From NCBI GenBank assembly GCA_040901965.1, contig JBBDYB010000009.1, positions 22,834-86,833 of the forward strand: a stretch of 64,000 nt of DNA, read 5' to 3'. The position numbers and the translations under genes are program-made. The notes under the pieces were generated by a model. It ran no database searches and had not been told where the DNA came from. It saw only the letters and a program-made list of their open reading frames with translations. Each line of letters starts with the position of its first letter. The first letter of the stretch is position 1. This document shows, one piece after another, positions 9,932-20,928 of the stretch. Source of the stretch: Gemmatimonadales bacterium (GTDB lineage: Bacteria > Gemmatimonadota > Gemmatimonadetes > Gemmatimonadales > GWC2-71-9).

Positions 9932-11877
9932 AGCCGGTCCCCGGATGACGCGGTCACCGGCCCGGACCAGACACGCATCTGTGACCCTCGGTCGATGAAC
10001 TTTCGGCACCAGATTTCGATGCTCAACAATGTGAGCAGCGTATATGCCGCATCGAGTCCGCCGCTGTCGTTACGCCGGACGAGCCGGTGCACGGCATCAG
10101 GTTCAAAAAGGCCACGTTTCTTCAGGCTTTCCGTGGACAGCAGGTCACCGAACAGCGGTCGCAGTTCACCGCGCATCCACCGCCGCAACGGCGCACCAAA
10201 GCCGGACTTTGGACGGTAAATGACGTCGTGGGGGAGAAAGCGTTCCATCGCTTTCTTCAACACCCACTTACCCACCCTGCCGTGTTGCTTGAAGCGCTCC
10301 GGAATTCTGGCCGCGAAGTCCAGCAGGTCCGTATCGAGAAACGGTACGCGTACCTCTACCCCCGCGGCCATCGACATCTTGTCAGTGTAGGTCAGATTGT
10401 GATCCGCGAGGAAGAAGCGCTGTTCCAGCGCGAGCATCCGGTTCAGCCGGCCTACGCCAGCAGGGAGTTGGGCGAGATAATCGAGCATGGGCTGATCGAC
10501 GGCCTCGGTGCTGATCTGGGCTCGGACCTCCGGCGTGTAGAGCGCGACCAGCTCAGACTCCCGGATCCATCGAAAGTAGTGTGCCAGGTGCGCATCGCCC
10601 TCGAGCCCGGCACCATTAAACAGCTTACCCAGTCGCCGAATGAGCGCGCGGCGCTGATTCAGGCCCCCGGTGGCCCGCTCCAGGCCTTGCCGCAGGCGCC
10701 GCGGGAGCCAACGCCAGTAGGGTTCATAGTTCACCGCCACGTGGCGCCGGTAGCCGGAAAACAGATCATCCCCCCCTCCGCCCGAGAGCAACACCTTGAT
10801 CCCGTGCCGCCGAGCCAGCTGACTGATGTAGAGAACGTTCAGCGGTGCCGGGTCGGCGAGCGGTTCGTCCATCTGCCACACCATTCGTTCCAGATCGTCG
10901 GCCATGCCCCCCGCATCAATCGTCACGACATCAAGGGGCACGCCCAGGTGTTTGGCCACACGTCGTGCGTAGGGCAGATCGTCGGTGAACCCAGGTTCCT
11001 GGCCTCCCTGGGACTCGATGGTGAAGCAGCGGATGTCCGGGACCTGCTCCCGGGCGAAGGCCACGACCGCGCTCGAATCGAGTCCGCCGGAGAGGAAGGA
11101 GCCAACCGGGACATCAGCCACGAGCTGCCGCTGCACAGCGCGACGCAGGTGGTCGACCGTGCCGGCAACAGCCTCCATTTTTGCCAGGGGCGGGGCCGCG
11201 CTACGGAAGAAAGGAAGCTGATACCAGGTCCAGCGCCGCTCGATTCTCCCGGCGCGCACCCGGAGAGCCTCGCCCGGGGAGAGCTTGCGTATATCCCTCA
11301 AGGGCGTCCCTTCACCGGGACACCAGAGAAACGTCAGGTACCGGTGCAGCGCCAGCGGATCCAGTTGGCACGCCTCCGGCACCAGTCTGAGCAATGCCTT
11401 GATCTCGCTGGCGAAGGCGAATCCCCGCTCGGTCTGCGCGTAGTAGAGCGGTTTCACGCCGAGTCCATCGCGCACGAGCAACAGAGACCCATCACGCCCG
11501 TCCCAAAGCGCAAAGGCAAAGATCCCGTTCAGCCGGCGCAACGTCGCATCGCCGTCCGCCAGGTAGAGATTCAGGAGGACCTCGGTGTCGGAATGACCGC
11601 GAAAAGAGGCCTTGCGACCGATCAGTTCGTCTCGTAACTCGCGGTAGTTGTAAATCTCGCCATTGAACACCACGACCAAGGCACCGTCGGGGCTGGCCAT
11701 GGGCTGAGCGCCCAGGGGGGAGAGATCGATGATCGAAAGGCGACGATGAACGAGACCGATACCCTGATGGTTAAGATAGATTCCGGAATCGTCCGGCCCA
11801 CGATGAGCTATCAGACGTCCGGCATCAAGAAGCATGTCTTCAGAAAACGTACCCGAAAAGCCGGCGATCCCGCACAT
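9928..11877 (-). CDS. asparagine synthase-like glutamine amidotransferase (WbpS/AsnB family)
   Basis: Starts MCGIAGFSG (Ntn Cys2), then LVVVFNGEIYNYRELR and the PP-loop SFLSGGLDSS. Confidence 0.9.
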   Translation of the reverse strand: MCGIAGFSGTFSEDMLLDAGRLIAHRGPDDSGIYLNHQGIGLVHRRLSIIDLSPLGAQPMASPDGALVVVFNGEIYNYRELRDELIGRKASFRGHSDTEVLLNLYLADGDATLRRLNGIFAFALWDGRDGSLLLVRDGLGVKPLYYAQTERGFAFASEIKALLRLVPEACQLDPLALHRYLTFLWCPGEGTPLRDIRKLSPGEALRVRAGRIERRWTWYQLPFFRSAAPPLAKMEAVAGTVDHLRRAVQRQLVADVPVGSFLSGGLDSSAVVAFAREQVPDIRCFTIESQGGQEPGFTDDLPYARRVAKHLGVPLDVVTIDAGGMADDLERMVWQMDEPLADPAPLNVLYISQLARRHGIKVLLSGGGGDDLFSGYRRHVAVNYEPYWRWLPRRLRQGLERATGGLNQRRALIRRLGKLFNGAGLEGDAHLAHYFRWIRESELVALYTPEVRAQISTEAVDQPMLDYLAQLPAGVGRLNRMLALEQRFFLADHNLTYTDKMSMAAGVEVRVPFLDTDLLDFAARIPERFKQHGRVGKWVLKKAMERFLPHDVIYRPKSGFGAPLRRWMRGELRPLFGDLLSTESLKKRGLFEPDAVHRLVRRNDSGGLDAAYTLLTLLSIEIWCRKFIDRGSQMRVWSGPVTASSGDRL

Positions 11878-11899
11878 GGTTACGTCTGGCCCGGGGTCA

Positions 11900-12166
11900 C
11901 ATGCGGAGCGATGGCACGGCGCACGTCCGTAGCGAGGCGGCGAATGAGGCTCTCCTGGCGCTCCCAGTTGGGATGGTTGGTCAGAACCGCTCGGTACGTC
12001 CTTTTGAACACGAACAGGCTGCCGGCCGCAGCACCCGGATGGCAGTTAGGGGAATGTTCTGGTTGTAATTGCTGCAGTAGTCGCAGCACTCCGGCGCATC
12101 GAACGTGATGCCCGAGTCCGACGTGTCCAGGAAGCCATCGGCGCAGACATGATACTCGCGCTTCGG
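11900..12166 (-). pseudogene. N-terminal fragment of WbpG-type N-acetyl-sugar amidotransferase
   Basis: KREYHVCADGFLDTSDSGITFDAPECCDYCSNY matches the Cys-rich N-terminus of LPS amidotransferases. The reading frame breaks after about 40 codons and no PP-loop follows. Confidence 0.4.
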
Positions 12167-12176
12167 CACCCGAGCA

Positions 12177-12425
12177 GGCCTCCGTGTCGTCCGGTCGTTT
12201 GGCTGCCACATCTTTCGGCGCCAAGTGTGGCGTACGGGCCAGCGGTGGCCACTCGATGCCAATTGTCGAGTCCTTCCACAGCAGGCTGCGTTCGTCCTCG
12301 GGATGCCGGTACTCTGCCGCCTTGCACACCACCTGGCCAAGTCGTTGATCACCAGCGAAGCCGTGGCTGGAGCCCACCGGTATCCACGACTGTCGCTTGT
12401 TCGCCGTTGAAGGGGTCGCACCCCG
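12177..12425 (-). pseudogene. C-terminal fragment of dTDP-4-dehydrorhamnose 3,5-epimerase paralog
   Basis: KRQSWIPVGSSHGF...EDERSLLWKDSTIGIEWPP aligns with the intact RmlC at 14707-15270 ([14 protein letters not shown]...[18 protein letters not shown]). There is no N-terminal half. Confidence 0.6.
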
Positions 12426-12540
12426 AACCACGATGAGCCAGTGTGTGACTGATCGAGCGGAGCAAACCGACCCGGAAAGTCCCTTGCAGCTCCACATCCC
12501 GCACACGAAGTATCATCCCTGAGCCACGCCGCGATCCTCG

Positions 12541-12843
12541 CTAGCGGCGCTGGGTGAAGGTCTCGCGGGCCAGGGCGGACGCAACGAACAGCATAAGGCC
12601 GAGGATTAAGCCCAACAGGCCGTTCTTGATAAGTCCTCGCGCATCGGACGTAGCGGGCAAATTCGCAGGCTCGATCACGGTGACAACCGGAGTGTTCCGC
12701 ACTTCATCGATGCGTGCCTGTTCATAGGCTTGCATCAGCGATGCGGTGATCTGGCGTCGCATGATAACTTCCTGTTCAAGGCGATCGTGCTCGAACTGCA
12801 GCGTCGGCGAGTTGCGGTAGTCCCGGTGCGTCGTGGATCGCAA
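12541..12843 (-). pseudogene. C-terminal fragment of Wzz/GNVR chain-length determinant paralog
   Basis: NSPTLQFEHDRLEQEV...RIDEVRNTPVVTVIEPA plus a terminal TM segment aligns with the C-terminus of the intact gene at 24980-26038. The first ~250 aa are missing. Confidence 0.6.
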
Positions 12844-12844
12844 A

Positions 12845-13232
12845 GGCGAAGATGCCGTTCAGACGTCCGAGCCGCGCGGGCCCCTCAGCCTCGTAGAGGT
12901 GCAACAGCACCTCGGAGTCAGATGCCGAAGTGAACCGATGGCCGCGACCGGCCAGTTCCGCACGCAGTTCCCGATAGTTGTAGATCTCTCCGTTGAAGAC
13001 CAGGGTCAGTCCGTCCTGCTTCAGCTCACCACAGGAGAGCATCATGGGCTGCCGACCCCCCTCAATAGATCGATGATCGCCAGTCGGCGATGTCCCAGAC
13101 CCGTGGGTGGTTGACCGTCGCATTCAAGAATCACGCCGCCCTCGCCATCGGGCCCCGATCCGCGACGGCATCGGTCATCCTCGCGAGGAGGTCTGGCGAG
13201 AACTCACCCTGGAACCCGACGATGCCGCACAT
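12845..13232 (-). pseudogene. frameshifted N-terminal fragment of asparagine synthase-like amidotransferase
   Basis: ATG at 13232 preceded by GGAGA. It reads MCGIVGFQGEFSPDLLARMTDAVADRGP and then loses frame. The text LTLVFNGEIYNYRELRAELAGRGHRF...LNGIFAFAI continues in another frame (track ORF 12776-13123). The synthetase domain is absent. Confidence 0.65.
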
Positions 13233-13283
13233 TGTCGTCTCCTAGCCGGCGGCGAAGAAGGTCGGATGGCGATGACCCATGAG

Positions 13284-14093
13284 TTACTTGCGGGCCTCGA
13301 TGAGCATGAACAACCCTAGCGATGGAAAGAACGCCCGAAGCAGCCGACGCGGCCAGATTGCGCGGGCCGTCGACAACAACACGCCCCTGTGACGCCGCCC
13401 AGCGTCCGATTCCAGAAGATCGCCGTGGCCAAGGCGGGTCGTGATACGGACGTCCGTGAAATCGCGAAAGAGCGCGCGCGCACCGTCGACCGAGTATGCC
13501 TTCGTACCCGGACTCTCCAAGTAGCGAGAGTAGATCTCCGCGAGGCTCGTCCACGGGCGTAGTCTCAGGCCGGCATACCGAGCCCATAGCATCAATCCGA
13601 CGAACGACCACTTGTGATAGATCATCACCCGCGCCGTTGCACCAGCCTTGAGCACGCGAAAGACTTCGCGGACCGCCTTCGACGTATCCGGCGAGTGATG
13701 GAGCACACCCCACGAGTACACAACGTCGAAGAACCCGTCAGCGAAGTCGAGGCGCTCGGCATCGCCAACCGCGAGGCGCGAGGTGAGGCCGAACAAACCG
13801 AGCCGGCGAGAGGTGTGCTCCACGGCCCGCGCGGTGAGGTCGATACCGAACAGGTCAGCGCCGGCCTCGGCGAATCGCTGGTGGTCAGCGCCGAGGCCGA
13901 CGCCGATTTCCAGGACCCGCTTCCCCCGCGTTGCTGAAAACTTCGCGAGATCGACGATGAACGGTTCCAACCTATACCGTTGCTGGGCTTGCCGCTCGTA
14001 CCCCGCGCGATCGGTACTGCCGAGGTACAGCTCTTCGCCGCACGCCGCATCATTCCAGAAATCGTGAACTTGCTCCTTCAGAGTTCTCATCAT
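13284..14093 (-). CDS. class I SAM-dependent methyltransferase
   Basis: Motif I VLEIGVGLGAD and post-I FGIDLT. 269-aa ORF from the track. Confidence 0.85.
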   Translation of the reverse strand: MMRTLKEQVHDFWNDAACGEELYLGSTDRAGYERQAQQRYRLEPFIVDLAKFSATRGKRVLEIGVGLGADHQRFAEAGADLFGIDLTARAVEHTSRRLGLFGLTSRLAVGDAERLDFADGFFDVVYSWGVLHHSPDTSKAVREVFRVLKAGATARVMIYHKWSFVGLMLWARYAGLRLRPWTSLAEIYSRYLESPGTKAYSVDGARALFRDFTDVRITTRLGHGDLLESDAGRRHRGVLLSTARAIWPRRLLRAFFPSLGLFMLIEARK

Positions 14094-14099
14094 CCGCTC

Positions 14100-14668
14100 T
14101 TACGGCATCGACCGTTTGGCCGCCAGGTCGGGAAAAGTCCGGCAACTCGCCCTGATCGCACCAGTGCGATCCATCTCGATGAATCCCGTTACCGCGCCCG
14201 CATCGGAGAACCCCCGGCGCATAGCAGTCGTGGAAAGGATGTCGCCGACCATCTCCCGCAGGGGCCCTCCCCTCGCCAGAACTCGCCTCGGAGCGACCAT
14301 GCCGCACATGGTGCCGGCTAGCTCGCGGCGGACAATGTAGAACGGCGATGGCCAATGGCGGCCTCCAGACCGTCGACCAATTTCACTACCGCGGCATCTA
14401 TTCCGAACCTGGATTCGGCCGTCGCGAACCCCGCCGCGTCCAACCCGCCGCGGCGGAAGGCATCCCGCACGGCAGCGTACACGGCGTTCGGCGACGACGC
14501 GACCGTACCGGGATACTCTGGGTACGCTTCTGACGGATCGAACGGCGGATCAGCCGGATACTCGGCGACCGCGGCACGCACGACCGTGACCTTGCGGGGA
14601 TCCGGGATCATTCTCTCAGACCGCTTCTGCGGCGCTAGCCGCTGATGAAAGGCGTAGGTGCTCGTCAC
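14100..14668 (-). pseudogene. unassigned gene remnants (DUF362-like N-terminus plus a short MCG... piece)
   Basis: 14318-14668 encodes ...YPADPPFDPSEAYPEYPG..NAVYAAVRDAFRRGGLDAAGF, resembling the first ~70 aa of DUF362-type proteins, and then stops. 14100-14309 starts MCGMVAP.... Neither piece is of complete domain length. Confidence 0.25.
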
Positions 14669-14706
14669 TCTCTTCGCCCCAAGCGAGGTTGGTACATGTG
14701 ACCACC

Positions 14707-15270
14707 TCAGTAAAACTCCGCCTCATCCAGTCGTTTGCCCGCGGCATCCTTGGCTGCCAGCACCGGCGCGGCGGTCAGCGGCCACTCGATCCCGATCGAC
14801 GGGTCATTCCACAGCAGGCTACGTTCGTGCGCCGGGTACCAGTAGTCCGTCGTCTTGTACAGCACCTCCGCCGACTCGCTGATCACGACGTAGCCATGAC
14901 CGAAGCCTTCGGGGATCCACAGCTGCCGCTTGTTCTCCCCGGAGAGCCTTGCGCCCGCCCACTTGCCGAAGGTCCCCGAGCCGCGGCGCAGATCCACAGC
15001 TACATCGAACACCTCTCCCCGGATCACGCGCACCAGCTTGCCCTGGGGGTGCTCGATCTGGTAGTGCAGGCCGCGCAGCACCCCGTGGACGGAACTGCTG
15101 TGGTTGTCCTGCACAAACTCACGCTTCAACCCGGTCGCCTGCTCGAAGTCCCGACGGTTGAAGCTCTCGAAGAAGAACCCGCGCGCGTCGCCGAAGACCT
15201 TTGGCTCAAGGATTAGAACGTCGGGCAGAGCCGTCGGAATCGCCGTCAAGCGCAAGTCGACACACCGCAC
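14707..15270 (-). CDS. rfbC: dTDP-4-dehydrorhamnose 3,5-epimerase
   Basis: [19 protein letters not shown] and the [10 protein letters not shown] motifs. An alternative TTG start at 15249 forms a TTGA overlap with the rfbA stop. Confidence 0.9.
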   Translation of the reverse strand: MRCVDLRLTAIPTALPDVLILEPKVFGDARGFFFESFNRRDFEQATGLKREFVQDNHSSSVHGVLRGLHYQIEHPQGKLVRVIRGEVFDVAVDLRRGSGTFGKWAGARLSGENKRQLWIPEGFGHGYVVISESAEVLYKTTDYWYPAHERSLLWNDPSIGIEWPLTAAPVLAAKDAAGKRLDEAEFY

Positions 15271-16145
15271 CTGATGAGGCTCAGGAGGTACTGCCCATAC
15301 GCATTCTTAGCCAGCGGACGGGCGAGCGCCTCCACCGTGGAAGCGTCAATCCACCTCTGGCCAAGGGCGACTTCCTCCGGGCAGGCCACCATCAGACCCT
15401 GTCTCTTCTGGAGCGTCGCGATGAAGCTCGCCGCCTCGAGCAGGCTGTCGTGCGTCCCGGTATCGAGCCAGGCATAGCCCCGGCCGAGGGTCTCGACGTT
15501 CAGCTGGCCCTGCTCGAGATAGCGGCGGTTCACGTCTGTGATCTCCAGCTCGCCGCGCGCCGACGGCTTAATGGCCGCGGCGATGTCGCAGACTTGCCGG
15601 TCGTAGAAATACAGGCCGGTGACCGCGAAGCTCGACTTCGGCATCCTGGGCTTCTCCTCAATACTAAGGGCGCGTCCCTGTGCGTCGAACTCTACCACGC
15701 CGTAGCGCTCGGGGTCGTGCACGTGGTAAGCAAACACGGTCGCGCCCTGACACCGGCCGTGCGCGCTCTGAAGCTGCTTCACGAAGTCGTGGCCGTAAAA
15801 AATGTTGTCGCCCAGGACCAACGCGCTCGGCCGGCCGCCGACGAACTCGCGCCCGATGATGAACGCCTGCGCTAGGCCGTCGGGACTCGACTGTACGGCG
15901 TACTCAATCCTCATCCCCCACTGGCTGCCGTCGCGGAGTAGATCTTCGAAGTGCGGTACGTCGTGCGGGGTCGAAATAACGAGCACGTTGCGGATACCGC
16001 TCAACATCAGCGTGGTGAGTGGATAATAGATCATCGGCTTGTCATAGACCGGCATCAGCTGTTTCGACACCGCCTGCGTGACCGGATAAAGCCGCGTGCC
16101 GGAGCCGCCAGCGAGGATGATGCCCCGGCGATCGTCGGTCGTCAT
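15246..16145 (-). CDS. rfbA: glucose-1-phosphate thymidylyltransferase
   Basis: [16 protein letters not shown] signature; full-length 299 aa. Confidence 0.95.
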   Translation of the reverse strand: MTTDDRRGIILAGGSGTRLYPVTQAVSKQLMPVYDKPMIYYPLTTLMLSGIRNVLVISTPHDVPHFEDLLRDGSQWGMRIEYAVQSSPDGLAQAFIIGREFVGGRPSALVLGDNIFYGHDFVKQLQSAHGRCQGATVFAYHVHDPERYGVVEFDAQGRALSIEEKPRMPKSSFAVTGLYFYDRQVCDIAAAIKPSARGELEITDVNRRYLEQGQLNVETLGRGYAWLDTGTHDSLLEAASFIATLQKRQGLMVACPEEVALGQRWIDASTVEALARPLAKNAYGQYLLSLIRCGVSTCA

Positions 16146-17062
16146 GGCTGTTGCTCAAGCAGTAGTTGTTCGAGCACCTGGTCCACCCCCTGCCTCCAGT
16201 CCTGTAGCTCCACGGCAAAGGTCGCGCACAGTCGCGCCGTGCACAGCCGCGAGTTCGCGGGGCGCTTCGCCGGAGTCGGATAGTCGGCCGTAGGGATCGG
16301 GGCGACGGCGTCCGGCGCGACCTTGAGCACCATGCCAAGCTCGCGTGCCCGGCCAATCACGTGCCTGGCATACCCATACCAGGTCGTTTCGCCACGCGCG
16401 GCCATGTGGTAGAGCCCCCAGCGTGCATCCCGTTCGGATGCATGCACTAGCGGCTGTAGGGCCCGAGCGGTCACATCTGCGATCAAGGCCGCGGCAGTCG
16501 GGGCGCCGTACTGATCTGCCACTACACGCAGGCTATCCCGTTCCGCAGCTAGGCGGAGTATCGTTTTCAAGAAGTTATCGCCGTGCGTACCCACCACCCA
16601 GCTCGTACGCAGGATGAGGTGCCGCGGACACGCCTCGGCAACTGCCCGCTCGCTCGCCAGCTTGCTGCGGCCATAAACCGACAGGGGGTTCGGCACGTCG
16701 CTCTCGTCGTACGGTGTCTTCTTTTGACCATCGAACACGTAGTCAGTGGAGTAGTGGACCAGGCAGGCGCTGAGAGCCCGCGCTTCTTCGGCGAGCACGC
16801 CCGGCGCAACCGCATTGATCGTCCACGCGAGCTCCGGCTCACCCTCGGCCCTATCCACCGCCGTGTGAGCGGCTGCATTCACAATGACCTGCGGGCGGTG
16901 TTCCCGGACGATGCCTCGCAGGGATTGGGGAGCGCTGAGATCGGCACCCGCTCGTCCCAAAGAGATGACCTGACCCACGCTGGCCAGAGTTCGACAAAGT
17001 TCATGGCCAACCTGGCCATTGGCACCCAACAACAGGATGCGGCGCTCAGTCAACCAAGGCAC
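16142..17062 (-). CDS. rfbD: dTDP-4-dehydrorhamnose reductase
   Basis: [11 protein letters not shown] Rossmann motif and YGRSK. Start uncertain: GTG 17062, TTG 17053, or the track start 17098, which would overlap rfbB by 53 nt. Confidence 0.85.
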   Translation of the reverse strand: MPWLTERRILLLGANGQVGHELCRTLASVGQVISLGRAGADLSAPQSLRGIVREHRPQVIVNAAAHTAVDRAEGEPELAWTINAVAPGVLAEEARALSACLVHYSTDYVFDGQKKTPYDESDVPNPLSVYGRSKLASERAVAEACPRHLILRTSWVVGTHGDNFLKTILRLAAERDSLRVVADQYGAPTAAALIADVTARALQPLVHASERDARWGLYHMAARGETTWYGYARHVIGRARELGMVLKVAPDAVAPIPTADYPTPAKRPANSRLCTARLCATFAVELQDWRQGVDQVLEQLLLEQQP

Positions 17063-18113
17063 CGTAGTGCTGGCGCACCCACTGACGGTAGGCACCACTC
17101 GTCACGCCTTCGACCCAGGCCCGATTATCCAGGTACCACTGTACCGTCTTTCGGATGCCACTTTCAAGAGTCTCCTGAGGTCTCCAGCCGAGGTCGCGCT
17201 CGATCTTGCGCGCATCGATCGCGTAGCGTCGGTCGTGGCCCGGCCGGTCCTTCACGAAGGTGATCAGATCGGCGTACGGCCTGCCGTCCGCCCGCGGTCG
17301 CAACTCGTCGAGGGTGACGCACACGCGCTTCACCACGTCGAGATTCGCCTGCTCGTTCCCCCCACCGATGTGGTAGACTTCCCCGACCTTGCCCCCTTCC
17401 AGCACGCGCGCGATCGCGCGGCAGTGGTCCGCGACGTACAGCCAGTCACGCACCTGCTGACCGTCGCCATATACGGGAAGGGACTTACCGGCGAGCGCGT
17501 TCATGATCACCAACGGAATTAGCTTCTCTGGAAAATGGTAAGGGCCATAGTTGTTGCTGCAGTGGGTCGTGACGACCGGGAGTCCGTAGGTATGGTACCA
17601 CGCACGGACTAGGTGATCGCTGGCTGCTTTGCTCGCCGAGTATGGCGAGTTCGGCTGGTAGGGATTGGTCTCGGAAAAGGGCGGTGCGGTTGGTGACAGC
17701 GAGCCGTAGACCTCGTCAGTCGAGACGTGCACGAAACGAAAGCTTTGCTGGCGATCGCCCGAGAGCTCGGTCCAATAAGCGCGGACCGTCTCGAGGAGAT
17801 TGAACGTGCCCACCACATTGGTCTGGATAAAGTCGCCGGGACTATGAATGGATCGGTCCACGTGCGATTCCGCTGCGAAGTTGATGACCCCGCGAGGCTG
17901 GTACTCTGCGAGCAACCGGCCCACCAGCTTCCGATCGCCGATGTCGCCCTGCACGAACAGATGGCGGGCATCGTCCTTGAGCGAAGCCAGGTTCGCCAGG
18001 TTACCAGCGTACGTCAGCTTGTCAAGGTTGACCACATGCTCCTCAGACTGAGCAAGCCAGGCATGGACAAAATTGCTGCCTATAAAGCCGGCGCAGCCAG
18101 TAACTAGAATCAC
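17046..18113 (-). CDS. rfbB: dTDP-glucose 4,6-dehydratase
   Basis: [22 protein letters not shown] and YSASKAASD motifs. Confidence 0.95.
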   Translation of the reverse strand: MILVTGCAGFIGSNFVHAWLAQSEEHVVNLDKLTYAGNLANLASLKDDARHLFVQGDIGDRKLVGRLLAEYQPRGVINFAAESHVDRSIHSPGDFIQTNVVGTFNLLETVRAYWTELSGDRQQSFRFVHVSTDEVYGSLSPTAPPFSETNPYQPNSPYSASKAASDHLVRAWYHTYGLPVVTTHCSNNYGPYHFPEKLIPLVIMNALAGKSLPVYGDGQQVRDWLYVADHCRAIARVLEGGKVGEVYHIGGGNEQANLDVVKRVCVTLDELRPRADGRPYADLITFVKDRPGHDRRYAIDARKIERDLGWRPQETLESGIRKTVQWYLDNRAWVEGVTSGAYRQWVRQHYGALVD

Positions 18114-18325
18114 GCTCGTTCCTCATTCGAATGGTCGCTGATGCTCGCCGCCGATTCCGCAACGTATCGCTATTCCCGATTCCGACCACGCGCGGTGGAT
18201 CGAGCAGACTCTCCGGCTGCACCATCGCCGTTCGCCCCCCACCAGGGGCCAGCCATCAGACGCGATCCTCCGATACTGACCTAGGCCAAATCGGGGCGAG
18301 GCCCTGATAAGTGCGGCAACTGATA

Positions 18326-19549
18326 TTAAAGTTTCCAGAGCTCGCGATTCTGTCTGTAGCTCGAAAGGTATACCAACAGGCGAGAAAAGTTTGCAAAACG
18401 GTTTGGCCCAAGCACCCTCAGGATCATGCGCATGACGAAATAGACAAGCGCGAACGCGGTCTTATGAGATGGCATATCGGAGTAGGTGTTGGAAACGTAG
18501 GCTGACGTACCTCTTTCAAACAGATGATTCTTACGAGCAAAGGCGCCCACACAGCCTTTTGAGTCAAAGGGATCGTGCCCTTCGGGCAGCTCATTGACCA
18601 CACATGCATACGCGCGCCGCAGACTCGGCGATATGTACTCTCCGTCAGACATGTAGTCAAAACCATATCTGACAGAAGTAACCAGCGCCCTCTTGGCATC
18701 CAGCCGAAGCTTGTAGCCAGCACCGATCTCGACAAGATCGGAACGCTTCTTCGGTTTGGCGAAGAAGGGGCGTTTGCTCAGAAGCTCAGGATTACTTTCA
18801 TCAAATGAACTGAAATGAAAGAACACCAGTGGGTGCTGTCCATTTACCAAATACTTGCCCGAATGATCCTTTGTAAGCGTGCGTTCGTGGACATTCCAGA
18901 AAGCCACGTTATAACCAACGTTGAAGGACATATGCAGATCGGGAAAGAAGCATGGCGCGATACCAACCCATTTTTGATCCGTCGAGAGTCCGAACTGCGT
19001 TTCGAAGTAACAGAAACGAAAGCAGCGATCCCACAACCAGCTGAGAAACCGAATGCCTTCTTCTGTATTTCTTACAGCGTAAAATCCCAGATTGACCGCT
19101 CCGAATCTCATCAGAGCGATGTCGCTGTCTGGAAGCGAATTCGGCTGCGGCGTGAGATAGTGAGGTGTCAGAATAATCGAATGCTGATCCAGATCTTCGA
19201 GGATCGGCGTTAGTGAGCTGTACAGGCAGGTGTCCGGATCCAGATATATGACCTTGTCCACGTCCTTGAGCAGCTGCAGCGTGAGAAATGGCTTCACGGA
19301 CGTGCCGAATTCAGTGATGTCGTATCTAAACGCAAGCTCAAGCAGGCTCGGTACATTCGCATCTTCGATCCAAAGGATCTCCGCGCAATCATCCGGAACG
19401 TTGAGCGACACCTTTCTGTCAACCAAAAAGACCTTGAGTCGTATGTTGTTGTGCTCGAGAAGCGCTTCCGCCAACACCAAAGCCTTCGGTAGGTAGGCGA
19501 CATTGCATACGGTAAAGACGGCAAACGTACCTTGTTGCGTGGAATCCAT
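18326..19549 (-). CDS. putative GT-A fold glycosyltransferase (DxD = YLDPD), low-GC
   Basis: 407-aa ORF with a coherent non-repetitive sequence. FAVFTVCNVAYLPKALVL...VIYLDPD resembles nucleotide-diphospho-sugar transferases. Base composition is markedly lower in G+C than the flanks. Confidence 0.55.
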   Translation of the reverse strand: MDSTQQGTFAVFTVCNVAYLPKALVLAEALLEHNNIRLKVFLVDRKVSLNVPDDCAEILWIEDANVPSLLELAFRYDITEFGTSVKPFLTLQLLKDVDKVIYLDPDTCLYSSLTPILEDLDQHSIILTPHYLTPQPNSLPDSDIALMRFGAVNLGFYAVRNTEEGIRFLSWLWDRCFRFCYFETQFGLSTDQKWVGIAPCFFPDLHMSFNVGYNVAFWNVHERTLTKDHSGKYLVNGQHPLVFFHFSSFDESNPELLSKRPFFAKPKKRSDLVEIGAGYKLRLDAKRALVTSVRYGFDYMSDGEYISPSLRRAYACVVNELPEGHDPFDSKGCVGAFARKNHLFERGTSAYVSNTYSDMPSHKTAFALVYFVMRMILRVLGPNRFANFSRLLVYLSSYRQNRELWKL

Positions 19550-19706
19550 TTTGGGGCTGACTCGGATTGGGTGCGATGAGTTAAACTGCTACCTTGCGCT
19601 GAAACGCGGTCGAGACGAGATGATAGAGTTGTTGCTCAGCCAACCCGACAGCAGCGGCTCGCCGGGACCCGGATTACACACGAATCGAGGACTCCACAAC
19701 CTCACT

Positions 19707-20752
19707 ATGAATCGTTTCGGCAACCTCAATACTGATTCGGCGTGGCCAACAGAAGACCTTGAAGAGGTTGGCAGATGTCCTTTCTGCGCGTCCACGCACA
19801 GAACCCTCGCGTACCAAGACGTCCAGGACTGGACTTTCGAAGCCGCACCTGGTCGATGGACATACTGGGACTGCACGCAATGCGGCTCGCTGTACCTCGA
19901 TCCTCGACCGACGGAGCAGTCGATTTGGTCCGCCTACCACGTCTACTACACGCACAAGACGTCGAAGGGGGCACGACTTCAGAGATTCAAGCAACGCCTG
20001 CTTAACGAATGTTGGTCGCACTGGCTCAAGACGGAGATAAGGCCACGGTTAGGGCTTCCAGGCATCCTTGCCCCATTGTTGACTCCGCTTCGTCCGACGA
20101 TCCCTCCGCCATTCGAACTAGAGGTGCTTGCAAAACTGCCGAAGGGAAAGTTGCTCGACGTCGGTTGCGGCAGCGTCTCACATTGAGGCTCGCTGCACGT
20201 CTGGGCTGGCGAGCTACCGGACTGGAGTTGGATCCCGCGGCCGTACGCGCGGCTCGAGAAGACGGCCTGCACGTCATCCAGGGTAGCTATCGCAAGCTCG
20301 AGGAGCATCGAGGGAGATGGGATTACATTATTTGCTCTCACGTGCTGGAGCATGTCCACCATCCCTTGGATTTGCTGGAATTGATCAGCTCAGCGCTCAC
20401 GCCCAGCGGAATTGCTATCATTTCGTGCCCTAATTCACGGAGCTACGTTAGGAAGCGGTTTGGATCGAGTTGGCGTGGGCTCGAAGCACCTAGGCATCTG
20501 GGCATACCTTCGCTGGAAGTCCTTGTTGACACGATAACAGCCAGCGGATTCTCCGTGACGCAGATTCCACCGGTCGGATCAACAACGATCAAGCAATCTC
20601 GCGAGATACCTCAGAGCCGGCGACGGATACGTGTCCAAGCGGGTCAAAGCGTTCAGCAACTGGAGGAGGCCACCCATCCTCCGCCAGCCCACTCCCATCC
20701 AGACTTGACTCAACTGGATTGCCGAAAAAGCCCGACGGGTACTGCGCATTGA
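19707..20752 (+). pseudogene. frameshifted Zn-ribbon/class I SAM methyltransferase
   Basis: Frame 3 gives CPFCAS...WDCTQCGSLYLDP...KLLDVGCGS and then a stop at 20184-20186. Frame 2 continues LAARLGWRATGLELDPAAV...ICSHVLEHVHHPLDLL. One frameshift near 20175-20190 splits motif I from the rest. Confidence 0.65.
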
Positions 20753-20928
20753 ACCTTGAGGTATCTATGCCCATCTCCTCGCTCCGCCAGATGTCACCGG
20801 TGCATCCACGTCCCCGACAGGCACTTGTTTGGAGCGGAAGGCGGTCACGGGACCGCGCTGTGCTCCTGACCATGTTGACCATCGTAAAGGAGTCGTCCGA
20901 TTTCTTCGTGCTTCGCAGGTGCGTACGT

